Program-made: the position numbers and the translations under genes | From: Anaerolineales bacterium | GTDB taxonomy: Bacteria > Chloroflexota > Anaerolineae > Anaerolineales > E44-bin32 | DNA: 39,886 bases | NCBI GenBank assembly: GCA_022866145.1 | Contig: JALHUE010000078.1 | Coordinates: forward strand, 1-39,886 | Direction: 5' to 3' | Notes under the pieces: generated by a model | The model's input: the letters and a program-made list of their open reading frames with translations, nothing else | What the model was told of the DNA's origin: nothing | Databases searched by the model: none | Shown here: piece after piece, positions 1-8,244 of the stretch | Layout: every line of letters begins with the position of its first letter | Numbering within the stretch: position 1 is the stretch's first letter

Positions 1-219
1 CGGGTCCGCCCTGTCCGGTCCCTCTCGGCCTGAGGCGGCGGTGGGATTGGGGGGCAGCCGCTGGCCGCAACCCCTGCACCCAGATCTGCGGGGGGAGCTT
101 GGTTGGGGCGGCCCATGTGGGCGGGAGCGGCCGCTTGTGGCGGATGGCTACCCGCCGCCGGGCCGAATAGGGCTCGAGGGGTGGGAAATCGGTACTGGCA
201 AGACTGGCGGCCTGCGGTG

Positions 220-249
220 TTGCACACTTGCGAAAACTTGTTATATACT
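220..249 (+). promoter_or_regulatory. Candidate sigma70-type promoter of the dcw operon (Pmra-like)
   Basis: -35 TTGCAC (220-225), 16-nt spacer, extended -10 TG (239-240)-t-TATATA (242-247); alternative -10 TATACT at 244-249. AT-rich island in an otherwise GC-rich non-coding leader, about 85 nt upstream of the mraZ ATG. Confidence 0.5.
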
Positions 250-285
250 GTGGCAGATTGTGGGGAGAAGTGGGGCGAAGTGGGG
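250..285 (+). promoter_or_regulatory. MraZ operator-like array of four 10-bp-phased direct repeats
   Basis: GTGGCA (250-255), GTGGGG (260-265), GTGGGG (270-275), GTGGGG (280-285), each separated by 4 nt. It sits directly downstream of the candidate -10 and upstream of mraZ. This matches the TGGGN direct-repeat, one-helical-turn architecture described for MraZ binding in E. coli. Confidence 0.6.
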
Positions 286-332
286 AAGTGCGGATAGCCA
301 GCCCCTTGCCCACAGCGGTTTGAGGGTCAGGC

Positions 333-770
333 ATGTTTCTAGGCCAGTTTAGCCACAGTGCGGATGCCAAAGGCCGCCTCACGGTGCCGGTGCGCTTTCG
401 CGCTGGCCTGGCGGCCGGCGCGTACATCACTCAGGGATTCGAACGCAACTTGATGGTTTATACCACGGACAGTTTTGAGCGGCTGGCGAAGCGCGCCAAC
501 ATGCTCTCGACGACCGACCCCGAGGCCCGCGCCGTCCGACGCATGATTTTTGGCGGCGCGACCGAGGTCGCTCTGGATTCCGTCGGCCGCATCCTGATCC
601 CGCCCTTCCTGCGCGACTTCGCGCAGCTGCAAGACGAGGTGACCGTCGTCGGTGTAGGCGAATACTTCGAAATCTGGAGCACCCAAGCCTGGCTGACGGA
701 GTTGGCCTCGGTGACCAACGCCGAGTCCAACTCCCGCCGGTTCGCGGCCTTCGACTTGTCTGCCGGGTAG
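333..770 (+). CDS. mraZ: Transcriptional regulator MraZ
   Basis: 145 aa. N-terminus MFLGQFSHSADAKGRLTVPVRFR and a second SpoVT/AbrB-like half (GRILIPPFLR) are typical of MraZ. First gene of the dcw cluster. GAGGG lies about 10 nt upstream. Confidence 0.95.
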   Translation: MFLGQFSHSADAKGRLTVPVRFRAGLAAGAYITQGFERNLMVYTTDSFERLAKRANMLSTTDPEARAVRRMIFGGATEVALDSVGRILIPPFLRDFAQLQDEVTVVGVGEYFEIWSTQAWLTELASVTNAESNSRRFAAFDLSAG

Positions 771-773
771 GCG

Positions 774-1715
774 ATGGCGTCGGTCAGTTCGCCACCGCAT
801 ATCCCGGTCCTTTACAGGGATGTGCTCTCCGCGCTGCACGTGACCGCGGGCAGCCGTCATATCGACGGGACCCTAGGGGCGGGCGGACATGCCGCCGGAA
901 TTCTCGAAGCCAGCGCCCCCGATGGCGAGTTGTTGGGGCTGGATCGGGATCCAGGCGCCCTGGCTGAGGCCGGGCGCCGCCTGACCCGGTTCGCAGGACG
1001 GGCTCACCTGCGGCGTGGCTCCTTTGCCGATCTGCGCCACCACGCGGTAGCTATCGGGTGGGGCCAGGTCGATGGCGTTGTGCTCGACCTCGGGGTGTCC
1101 TCCATGCAAGTCGACGACCCGGGGCGCGGCTTCAGCTTTCGGGCGGACGGGCCGCTGGATATGCGGTTCGACCCCGAGCAGCCGACCTCGGCCGATGAAC
1201 TGATCAACACCTGGGAGGAGGAGGCGTTGGCGGAGGTGATCGGGCGCTACGGCGAGGAGCCGTTGGCCGGTCGAGTGGCGAGGGCGATCGTCGCCCGACG
1301 GCCGATTCATTCCACCTTGGAGCTCGCCAATGTGATCGCCGCAGCAGTCCGGACCCGGCGCCCTGGCCTGCACCCCGCCACCCGCACCTTCCAGGCATTA
1401 CGGATCGCGGTGAACCAGGAGCTGCAGGCCTTGGAGCAAGCCCTGCCTCAGGCCGTCGATCTGCTCGCCCCGGGTGGGCGGTTGGTGGTGATCTCCTTCC
1501 ATTCCCTGGAAGACCGGATCGTGAAGGGCTTCATCCGCCGAGAAAGCCTGGATTGCCTGTGCCCTCCCGATCTGCCCGTGTGCACTTGTGGGCACGTCGC
1601 ACGGCTGAGGCCGGTGAGCCGCAGGGCGGTCAAGCCGGCCGCCGAGGAAATCGCCAACAATCCCCGGTCCCGCAGCGCTCGCCTACGGAGCGCGGAGCGG
1701 CCGGGGGCGGCATGA
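774..1715 (+). CDS. rsmH: 16S rRNA (cytosine1402-N4)-methyltransferase RsmH
   Basis: 313 aa. HIPVL near the N-terminus, DGTLGAGGH SAM-binding motif, DLGVSSMQ and SFHSLEDR motifs. Canonical position after mraZ. Confidence 0.95.
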   Translation: MASVSSPPHIPVLYRDVLSALHVTAGSRHIDGTLGAGGHAAGILEASAPDGELLGLDRDPGALAEAGRRLTRFAGRAHLRRGSFADLRHHAVAIGWGQVDGVVLDLGVSSMQVDDPGRGFSFRADGPLDMRFDPEQPTSADELINTWEEEALAEVIGRYGEEPLAGRVARAIVARRPIHSTLELANVIAAAVRTRRPGLHPATRTFQALRIAVNQELQALEQALPQAVDLLAPGGRLVVISFHSLEDRIVKGFIRRESLDCLCPPDLPVCTCGHVARLRPVSRRAVKPAAEEIANNPRSRSARLRSAERPGAA

Positions 1716-1718
1716 ACC

Positions 1719-2204
1719 TTGCATGGCAAGAGACGTGCCCCGGGCGAAAGGACGCATGTGACTGCGCGCAAGAAACAAGCCTTCCGCCAGACCCCTTGGC
1801 GCCTGCAGCTGCGGGTGACTGGGCGGACCATCCAGGTGACCGTTGTCTTGCTGGTGGTGGCCGGGTTGTACCTGGCCGTCAACGCCCGCTTGGCGGACGC
1901 CGGGCGGCAGGTGCTCGTCCTGCAGGAACGCGGCGAGGACCTGCAGCGAGCGAATGCCGAACTCACGGCCGAGTATGCCGAGATGACAAATCCCGCCCGC
2001 ATGCTGAAGCGAGCCGCGGCGCTGGGCTACAAGCCGGCCGATCCCTACGAGATCTTCTACCTGCAGGTCGAAGGTTACGTCCCGCCGCCGGCCTTCGTCG
2101 CCCCCCGGCCGCCGACCACGCGGCTGGAGGGCGCCACCCGGCTTTCGCCGGCCTACACGGAGACTCTGGGTGAATGGATGACCCGCTGGCTGACGCCGGA
2201 TTAG
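1719..2204 (+). CDS. FtsL-like bitopic cell-division protein (putative)
   Basis: Basic N-terminus, one TM helix (IQVTVVLLVVAGLYLAV), then a coiled-coil-like segment (LQERGEDLQRANAELTAEYAEM). It sits between rsmH and ftsI, where ftsL normally lies. The start is TTG at 1719 (alternative GTG at 1758). No family-level sequence recognition. Confidence 0.55.
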   Translation: MHGKRRAPGERTHVTARKKQAFRQTPWRLQLRVTGRTIQVTVVLLVVAGLYLAVNARLADAGRQVLVLQERGEDLQRANAELTAEYAEMTNPARMLKRAAALGYKPADPYEIFYLQVEGYVPPPAFVAPRPPTTRLEGATRLSPAYTETLGEWMTRWLTPD

Positions 2205-4075
2205 GTGAGGCGGTCCAGCCCATCCGTCTCTCACGGCCGCGCATCATCTCGATGATGGTGGGCGTCAGCCTGCTTGCCCTCGGGCTGCTCGTTCAACTGG
2301 TCCGGGTCCAGTTTGGCCCGTACGCGCCGGTCTTCGCCGACTGGGCTGAGAATTCCGCCGGCCGGCTGGAGCGCCTGGTCCCTGCCCGGGGGAATATCTA
2401 CGACCGCAACGGCAACCTCCTGGCCACCAACGCCAGCCGTTACATTGCCGAGATCGAGGTCCGGCAGCTCACTTCGCAGAGCCGCAGCGACATCGCCAGC
2501 GTCCTGTCCGAGCTGCTGGGCCTGCCATTCGACGACCTCCAGGCTCAGCTCGAAACCGATTGGATCTCGCTCGGCCAGTACCGCACGCGGCTGACCCAGA
2601 GGGACGACAAGGGAAAGACCTGGCCGATCAGTGTCGAGAAGGAAGATGCGGAGATCGTGTTCGCTCTGCTGGACGACCCGCTCGGGCCGGACCTCTCTGG
2701 CTTGGACTTGGTGCCGGCGCCCCGGCGGGTGTACCCGGCGGGCACTCTGGCGGGTCACCTTCTAGGCTTCGTCAACCAGGAAGGCAAGGGGTTTTTTGGC
2801 GTCGAGGGCTACTACGACGAATGGCTGGCGGGCCGGCCGCTGACGATTGAGCGGCCGATCATCCCGCCCGAAGCCCGGGTTGCGCCCGACCCGCCGGCCG
2901 GGGTCAATCTCGTGCTGACGATCGACTCCGGGATCCAGCAGGCCGCCGAGATCGCTCTGGAAGAGGCCATCGACGACAGCGAGGCCGAGTCCGGACAGGT
3001 CATCGTCATGGATCCACGCAACGGCGAGATCCTGGCGATGGCGGCCTGGCCGGCTCTCAATCCCAATGACTACGATGCGTGGCTGCCTGGCGGCGAGGGC
3101 CCCGGGAACCAGGCCGAAAAGACTGACAAAGAAAAGGATCAGGCCGCGGAAGGGCAGGACGACGCCAAGCAGGACGACGAGGAGCCGGTGATCACCCCCG
3201 GTGTCGCAGGCCAGTTCGAGCCCGGCTCGACCTTCAAGGTGCTGACGATGGCCGCCGCCCTGGATGCTGGGGTCGTGACCCCGCTCGAGCAGTTCGTCGA
3301 CACCGGAGAGATCGAGGTTGGCGGGCACACGATCCGCAACTGGGACGGTCGCGGCTATGGGCCGGTCGACATGATCGGCTGCCTGCGCTACTCGCTCAAT
3401 GTCTGCCTGGCCCACGTGGCAGCCCGTGAGCTTGGGGCTTCGTTGTTCTACGACTACATGACCGCCTTCGGCATCGGGCAGATCACGGGAACCGACCTGG
3501 CCGGGGAAATCCCTGGCAAGCTGCGCACGCCCCGCGATCCCCAGTGGACCGAGTCGGATCTGGGGACCAACTCCTTTGGCCAGGGGGTATCCCTGTCGGC
3601 GATCCAGCTGTTGGCGGCGGTCAGCGCCATCGCCAACGACGGATTCATGGTGCAGCCGCATATCGTGCGCCAGGTCGTTGGCCCTCAGGGGGTGTTCGCC
3701 CCCAAGACCACCGTGCTCGGACAGCCGATTTCCACCGATACGGCGCGCCTGCTGACCGAGATGCTCGCGATTTCGCTAGAGGGCGAAACCAGCCACGCCA
3801 GCCTGCCGGGCTACCGCATCGCCGGCAAGACCGGCACGGCGCAAATCGCAAGGGAATACGGCTACGATCCCCGCTGGACCATTGCTTCCTTCATCGGCTG
3901 GGGCCCGCTGCCCAATCCGCGCTTCATGATCCTGGTCCGGCTGGACAAGCCGGTGAGCTCGCCTTGGGGCTCCGTCGTGGCTGCGCCTGTCTTCCAGGAG
4001 CTGGCCGAACGCGTGGTTGTTCTGCTCAACCTCCCACCCGATCCGGCGGTGATGCCGATCGCCGGAGGCGGGTAG
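2174..4075 (+). CDS. ftsI: Penicillin-binding protein 2/3 class transpeptidase (FtsI-like)
   Basis: 633 aa. N-terminal TM anchor, PBP dimerisation region, active-site SxxK (STFK), SxN (SLN) and KTG (KTGTA). dcw position. Overlaps the preceding ORF by 31 nt. Confidence 0.9.
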   Translation: MDDPLADAGLGEAVQPIRLSRPRIISMMVGVSLLALGLLVQLVRVQFGPYAPVFADWAENSAGRLERLVPARGNIYDRNGNLLATNASRYIAEIEVRQLTSQSRSDIASVLSELLGLPFDDLQAQLETDWISLGQYRTRLTQRDDKGKTWPISVEKEDAEIVFALLDDPLGPDLSGLDLVPAPRRVYPAGTLAGHLLGFVNQEGKGFFGVEGYYDEWLAGRPLTIERPIIPPEARVAPDPPAGVNLVLTIDSGIQQAAEIALEEAIDDSEAESGQVIVMDPRNGEILAMAAWPALNPNDYDAWLPGGEGPGNQAEKTDKEKDQAAEGQDDAKQDDEEPVITPGVAGQFEPGSTFKVLTMAAALDAGVVTPLEQFVDTGEIEVGGHTIRNWDGRGYGPVDMIGCLRYSLNVCLAHVAARELGASLFYDYMTAFGIGQITGTDLAGEIPGKLRTPRDPQWTESDLGTNSFGQGVSLSAIQLLAAVSAIANDGFMVQPHIVRQVVGPQGVFAPKTTVLGQPISTDTARLLTEMLAISLEGETSHASLPGYRIAGKTGTAQIAREYGYDPRWTIASFIGWGPLPNPRFMILVRLDKPVSSPWGSVVAAPVFQELAERVVVLLNLPPDPAVMPIAGGG

Positions 4076-4085
4076 CGGTGGGCCG

Positions 4086-5507
4086 ATGTTGACGCTCGGA
4101 ATCGTGCTCGAAGCTCTGACGGGCCGGGCTTTCCCGGAGGTGGGGCAGGTCATCACCGATGCGGCGGTGGACTCGCGGCTGGTGATCCCCGGATCGCTGT
4201 TCGTGGCACTCCCTGGAGAACATGCCGACGGACACAACTACGTGACGGGTGCCTTCGAGCGCGGGGCGATCGTGGCCGTGATAGAGAAGGACCTGCCCGG
4301 CGCCTTCGATGTGCTTGATCTGCGGGGCGGGGCGGCACCGACCCTCCCATCCGAGATTGGCCTCCCGCTTTGCCTGCGGGTCGACAGCAGCCTGCTGGCG
4401 CTGCAGGCGGCGGCAGCCCACTGGCGCTCACGACTGCCCACCCGGGTGATCGGAGTGACGGGAAGCGTGGGCAAGTCGACCACCAAGGAACTGATTGCAG
4501 ACATCCTAGACGAGCGCTTCCGGACACTGAAGAACCCTGGCAATCAGAACAACGAGATCGGCCTGCCGCTGAGCCTTCTGCGCTTGAGCGAGGCCCATGA
4601 GCGAGCCGTGCTTGAGATGGGCTTCTACGTTCCGGGGGAAATCGCCCTGCTGTGCGAGCTGGCCCGGCCGGCCGTCGGGGTGATCACCAATATCAGCCAG
4701 GTACACCTTGAGCGGGCTGGGAACCTGCAGGCCATCATCGACGGCAAGGCAGAGCTCGTCGAGAGCTTGCCGGCAGGGCCCGGCAGTGCGGCGATCCTCA
4801 ACTTCGATGACCCGCTGGTGCGGCCGATGGCCGCTCGCACCCCGGCCGAGGTCATGTTCTACGGCCTCTCCCCCGAGGCCGACCTGTGGGCGGACGAGGT
4901 CGAGAGCCTGGGCTTGGAGGGAGTCCGCTTCACGCTCCATTACAGGGGAGATCACATCCACATACGGGTGCCCCTGCTGGGCCGGCATTCGGTGCATACG
5001 GCGCTGCGGGCGGCCGCCGTCGGGCTGACCGAGGGCCTGCGCTGGGACGAGATCGTGCACGGCCTGCAGGCCACCCAGAGCCAGCTGCGGCTGGTCGCGG
5101 TGCAGGGGCCGCGCGGCTCGCTGATCATCGACGACACCTACAACGCCGCTCCGCCTTCGGTGATCGCCGCCCTCAATCTTCTGGGCGACCTCGAAGGCCG
5201 GCACACCGCCGTGCTCGGCGACATGCTGGAGCTGGGCGAGTACGAAGAGGAGGGGCACCGGATCGTGGGGATGCGGGCTGCCGGCGTCGTGGATGAACTG
5301 GTGACCGTCGGCGAACGCGCTCGCTGGATCGCCGACGAAGCCGGTCGATCCGGCCTGTCCCGCTCTCGGATTGTCCAGCTCGAAAGCAGCCAGGCTGCGG
5401 TCGACTACCTGCTGCCTCGAATCGGCGATGGCGATGTGATCCTGGTCAAGGGGTCACGCGGGATGCATCTGGACCTGATCGTTGCCGGACTGGAGAGCCT
5501 GTCGTGA
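4086..5507 (+). CDS. murF: UDP-N-acetylmuramoyl-tripeptide--D-alanyl-D-alanine ligase MurF
   Basis: 473 aa. DSRLVIPGSLFVALPGEHADGH, P-loop GVTGSVGKSTTKE and IIDDTYNAAPPS are MurF-type signatures, not the MurE TGTNGKT/DNPR type. Confidence 0.9.
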   Translation: MLTLGIVLEALTGRAFPEVGQVITDAAVDSRLVIPGSLFVALPGEHADGHNYVTGAFERGAIVAVIEKDLPGAFDVLDLRGGAAPTLPSEIGLPLCLRVDSSLLALQAAAAHWRSRLPTRVIGVTGSVGKSTTKELIADILDERFRTLKNPGNQNNEIGLPLSLLRLSEAHERAVLEMGFYVPGEIALLCELARPAVGVITNISQVHLERAGNLQAIIDGKAELVESLPAGPGSAAILNFDDPLVRPMAARTPAEVMFYGLSPEADLWADEVESLGLEGVRFTLHYRGDHIHIRVPLLGRHSVHTALRAAAVGLTEGLRWDEIVHGLQATQSQLRLVAVQGPRGSLIIDDTYNAAPPSVIAALNLLGDLEGRHTAVLGDMLELGEYEEEGHRIVGMRAAGVVDELVTVGERARWIADEAGRSGLSRSRIVQLESSQAAVDYLLPRIGDGDVILVKGSRGMHLDLIVAGLESLS

Positions 5508-6508
5508 GCGAGATGGCGGTGGCCCTGTCCCTGGGCGGCATCACCTTTCTGCTGACGGTGATCTGGGGCGGGCCGATGATCCGCATCATGCGCATGCTGA
5601 AGATCGGCAAGCAGATCCGGATCGAAGGTCCCCAACGCCACATCACCAAGCTGGGCACCCCGACGATGGGGGGGTGGATGTTCATCATCCCGGTCCTGAT
5701 GATCACTGTCGTGCTCAACCTGGTGTCGATCGTCAGCGACCTGGACGTGCTCGGGCGGGCCGTGCTGCTGCCGCTGATGGTGATGGTTGCCTTTGGCGTG
5801 CTTGGGGCGATCGATGACTGGGAAGGCGTGCGCGGGCAGCGGCGCGGAATGGGCATGTCAGCGCGCATGAAGTTCTTTTGGCAGATCGTGATCGCCTTGA
5901 TAGCTGCCGTGGCGCTCAAGTACGGCCTGCGGGCCCCGGACCTGTTCATCCCCAACTACCCGGCCGAGATCGACCTGGGGTTTTGGTACATCCCGTTCGC
6001 CGTGTTCATCATCGTCTCCGGGACGAATGCTGTGAACCTGACGGACGGACTCGATGGGTTGGCCGGATTAATCGCCGCCACGGCGTTCGCTGCCTACGGG
6101 GTCATCGCCATGCTGCTGGGGCAGGTATTCCTGATGCGCTTCTGCTTCACCCTGGTGGGGGCGGTGTTCGCCTTCCTCTGGTACAACGTCCACCCCGCCG
6201 AGCTCTTCATGGGGGACACCGGATCGCTCTCGCTCGGCGCCACGCTGGCCGTAGTGGCGTTGATGACCGGCCGCGCCATCCTGCTTCCGGTCATCGCCAT
6301 CATCCCGGTCAGCGTCACCCTGAGCGTCATCCTGCAGATCGGCTACTTCAAGCTCACCAAGGGGCGTCGCCTGTTCAAGATGGCGCCTTTGCAGCATCAC
6401 TTCGAACTCATTGGATGGAGCGAAACCCAGGTGGTGCAGCGATTCTGGCTCGTCAACCTGCTGGCGGTCATGGTCGGCGTTGCCCTGGCCTTGCTCCGAG
6501 GAGAGTGA
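5504..6508 (+). CDS. mraY: Phospho-N-acetylmuramoyl-pentapeptide transferase MraY
   Basis: 334 aa polytopic membrane protein. Motifs PTMGG, NAVNLTDGLDGLA and MGDTGSLSLG. GTG start overlaps the murF stop (GTGA). Confidence 0.95.
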   Translation: MSEMAVALSLGGITFLLTVIWGGPMIRIMRMLKIGKQIRIEGPQRHITKLGTPTMGGWMFIIPVLMITVVLNLVSIVSDLDVLGRAVLLPLMVMVAFGVLGAIDDWEGVRGQRRGMGMSARMKFFWQIVIALIAAVALKYGLRAPDLFIPNYPAEIDLGFWYIPFAVFIIVSGTNAVNLTDGLDGLAGLIAATAFAAYGVIAMLLGQVFLMRFCFTLVGAVFAFLWYNVHPAELFMGDTGSLSLGATLAVVALMTGRAILLPVIAIIPVSVTLSVILQIGYFKLTKGRRLFKMAPLQHHFELIGWSETQVVQRFWLVNLLAVMVGVALALLRGE

Positions 6509-6509
6509 G

Positions 6510-6848
6510 ATGCGCGTCGGAATGCTCTGGTTTGACGACAGCAATCGGACCCTGCCGGAAAAAGTCGAGCGGGCAGGAAGCTTCTACCGCGAGAAGTTCG
6601 GCCGCAGCCCGAACCTGTGCCTGGTGAATCCCGAGTCGTGCGACATCAAGGAAGGCGTGTTCGCCGGCGTGGAGCTGCGCCAGGCGCGCATGGTGCTTCC
6701 CGGCCATCTGTGGATCGGTGTGGACGAGGAGGCTGCCCCCAAGCCCGCCGAAGTCCCCCGGCCGGGTCGCCGCAGCTCGAAGCGATCGAAGGCCAGGGTC
6801 GTGGGCGAACTCCGTCTGCCGCTGTTCGCCGACGAGCCTGCTGCCTGA
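6510..6848 (+). CDS. Hypothetical 112-aa protein embedded between mraY and murD
   Basis: The ATG at 6510 is 2 nt after the mraY stop, with GGAGAG at 6499-6505. G/C dominates third codon positions. The stop is 10 nt before the murD GTG. A roughly 75-aa globular-looking N-terminal part is followed by a Pro/Arg/Lys/Ser-rich tail. No family recognised. Confidence 0.65.
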   Translation: MRVGMLWFDDSNRTLPEKVERAGSFYREKFGRSPNLCLVNPESCDIKEGVFAGVELRQARMVLPGHLWIGVDEEAAPKPAEVPRPGRRSSKRSKARVVGELRLPLFADEPAA

Positions 6849-6858
6849 TGGAGGCTGG

Positions 6859-8244
6859 GTGCGCGACTGGAAGGGGCTGCGGGTAGTGGTGCTCGGTCTG
6901 GCCCGTCAGGGCAAAGCCGCCGCTCGGTTTTTCTCTGAGCACGGGGCTCAGGTGGTCGCCAGCGATCTCAAACCGCTGGACGATCTTCGCCCGGCGTGCG
7001 AAGAGCTGGCCGGGCTGCCGATCGAGTTCGTGCTGGGAGGCCATCCGCCCGGGCTGCTGGCGGGAGCCGACCTGTTGTGCCTATCCGGCGGGGTTCCCGC
7101 CGATCTGCCGCTGGCACAGCAGGCCCGGGCCGCTGGCGTCGGCCTGACCAACGATGCCCAGGTGTTCTTGGACGCCTGCCCGGCCCGGACCATCGGCATC
7201 ACGGGCTCGGCAGGCAAGACAACCACCACGGCGCTGGTCGGGCGGATGGCCGAGCACCACCTGGCCGGGAGTGGCGCCAGGGCATGGGTCGGCGGCAACA
7301 TCGGCCGGCCTCTCCTGGCAGTCCTGCCGGAAATCCAGCCGAACGACTGGGTGGTGCAGGAGCTCTCCTCCTTCCAGTTGGAACTGATGACGGCCAGCGT
7401 GCATGTGGCCGCCGTCCTCAACGTCACACCTAACCACCTGGATCGGCACCATACGATGCAGGCCTACACCGAGGCCAAGGCGCGGCTGCTCGGGCACCAG
7501 GAGGCATCCGGCACGGCCGTGCTGTGTCGAGAGGACTTAGGCTCATGGGCTTTGCGGGACCGGGTACGCGGTGAACTGATCGCTTTCGGCCGTGATGACC
7601 ATGAACTAGACGGCACCTTTGTCGCCGACGGCGGAGTTTGCCTGCGGCGGCACGGGCGCCTGCTCCGGCTGTTGCCGCTCAGCGATATTCGGCTGCGCGG
7701 TGAGCACAACCTGCTGAATGTCCTCGCGGCTTGCGCCGTGGCGGCAGCGGCGGAGTTGTCGGCCGAGGCGATGGCGGCCGCCGTGCGCGCGTTCGAAGGC
7801 GTGCCGCACCGGCTGGAATTCGTCCGCCGCCTGGGCGGCGCGGACTGGTACAACGACTCCATCGGCACCGCGCCCGAGCGGGCCATGGCCGCGATTCGCG
7901 CCTTTGACGAGCCGATCGTGCTGCTGGCCGGCGGGCGCGACAAGGATCTGCCCTGGGACTCGTTCGCCGACGTGGTCAGCCAGCGCGTTGACCACCTGGT
8001 GCTGTTTGGAGAGGCGGCCGACAAGGTGGGGCGGGCGGTGCAGGCCGCCATGGCTCGCCAGGCCACGCCTCGGCCGGAGAGCATCGACCGCTGCCAGACG
8101 CTGGCCCAAGCGGTGCAGGCCGCCGCCCGACGGGCCGAAGCGGGGGATGTTGTCCTTCTCTCGCCGGGAGGGACATCCTTCGACGAGTTCCCGGACTTCG
8201 AAGCTCGGGGAGGGGCCTTCCGGTCCCTGGTGCAGGCGCTGTGA
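6859..8244 (+). CDS. murD: UDP-N-acetylmuramoylalanine--D-glutamate ligase MurD
   Basis: N-terminal Rossmann motif VVVLGLARQGKAAARF and P-loop GITGSAGKTTT. The GTG at 6859 is preceded by GGAGG (6850-6854). The track ORF from 6718 would overlap the upstream ORF and adds a non-homologous Arg/Pro-rich extension. Confidence 0.88.
   Translation: MRDWKGLRVVVLGLARQGKAAARFFSEHGAQVVASDLKPLDDLRPACEELAGLPIEFVLGGHPPGLLAGADLLCLSGGVPADLPLAQQARAAGVGLTNDAQVFLDACPARTIGITGSAGKTTTTALVGRMAEHHLAGSGARAWVGGNIGRPLLAVLPEIQPNDWVVQELSSFQLELMTASVHVAAVLNVTPNHLDRHHTMQAYTEAKARLLGHQEASGTAVLCREDLGSWALRDRVRGELIAFGRDDHELDGTFVADGGVCLRRHGRLLRLLPLSDIRLRGEHNLLNVLAACAVAAAAELSAEAMAAAVRAFEGVPHRLEFVRRLGGADWYNDSIGTAPERAMAAIRAFDEPIVLLAGGRDKDLPWDSFADVVSQRVDHLVLFGEAADKVGRAVQAAMARQATPRPESIDRCQTLAQAVQAAARRAEAGDVVLLSPGGTSFDEFPDFEARGGAFRSLVQAL

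Noticed and set aside
41-352. 103-aa and 64-aa plus-strand ORFs in the region upstream of mraZ.
   Set aside because: Gly/Trp/Arg-rich translation with no SD or family resemblance. They run across the predicted promoter and MraZ operator and into mraZ. More likely non-coding leader DNA.
6718-6858. N-terminal extensions offered by the ORF track: murD from 6718, ybeY from 27867, mtaB from 32146, etfA from 35827, GH57 from 37507, pgpH-like from 29888, and the small ORFs from 6411 and 12344.
   Set aside because: The extensions overlap the upstream gene, add non-homologous Arg/Pro-rich residues ahead of canonical family N-termini, and bypass internal start codons that have SD sequences or ATGA/TGATG coupling.
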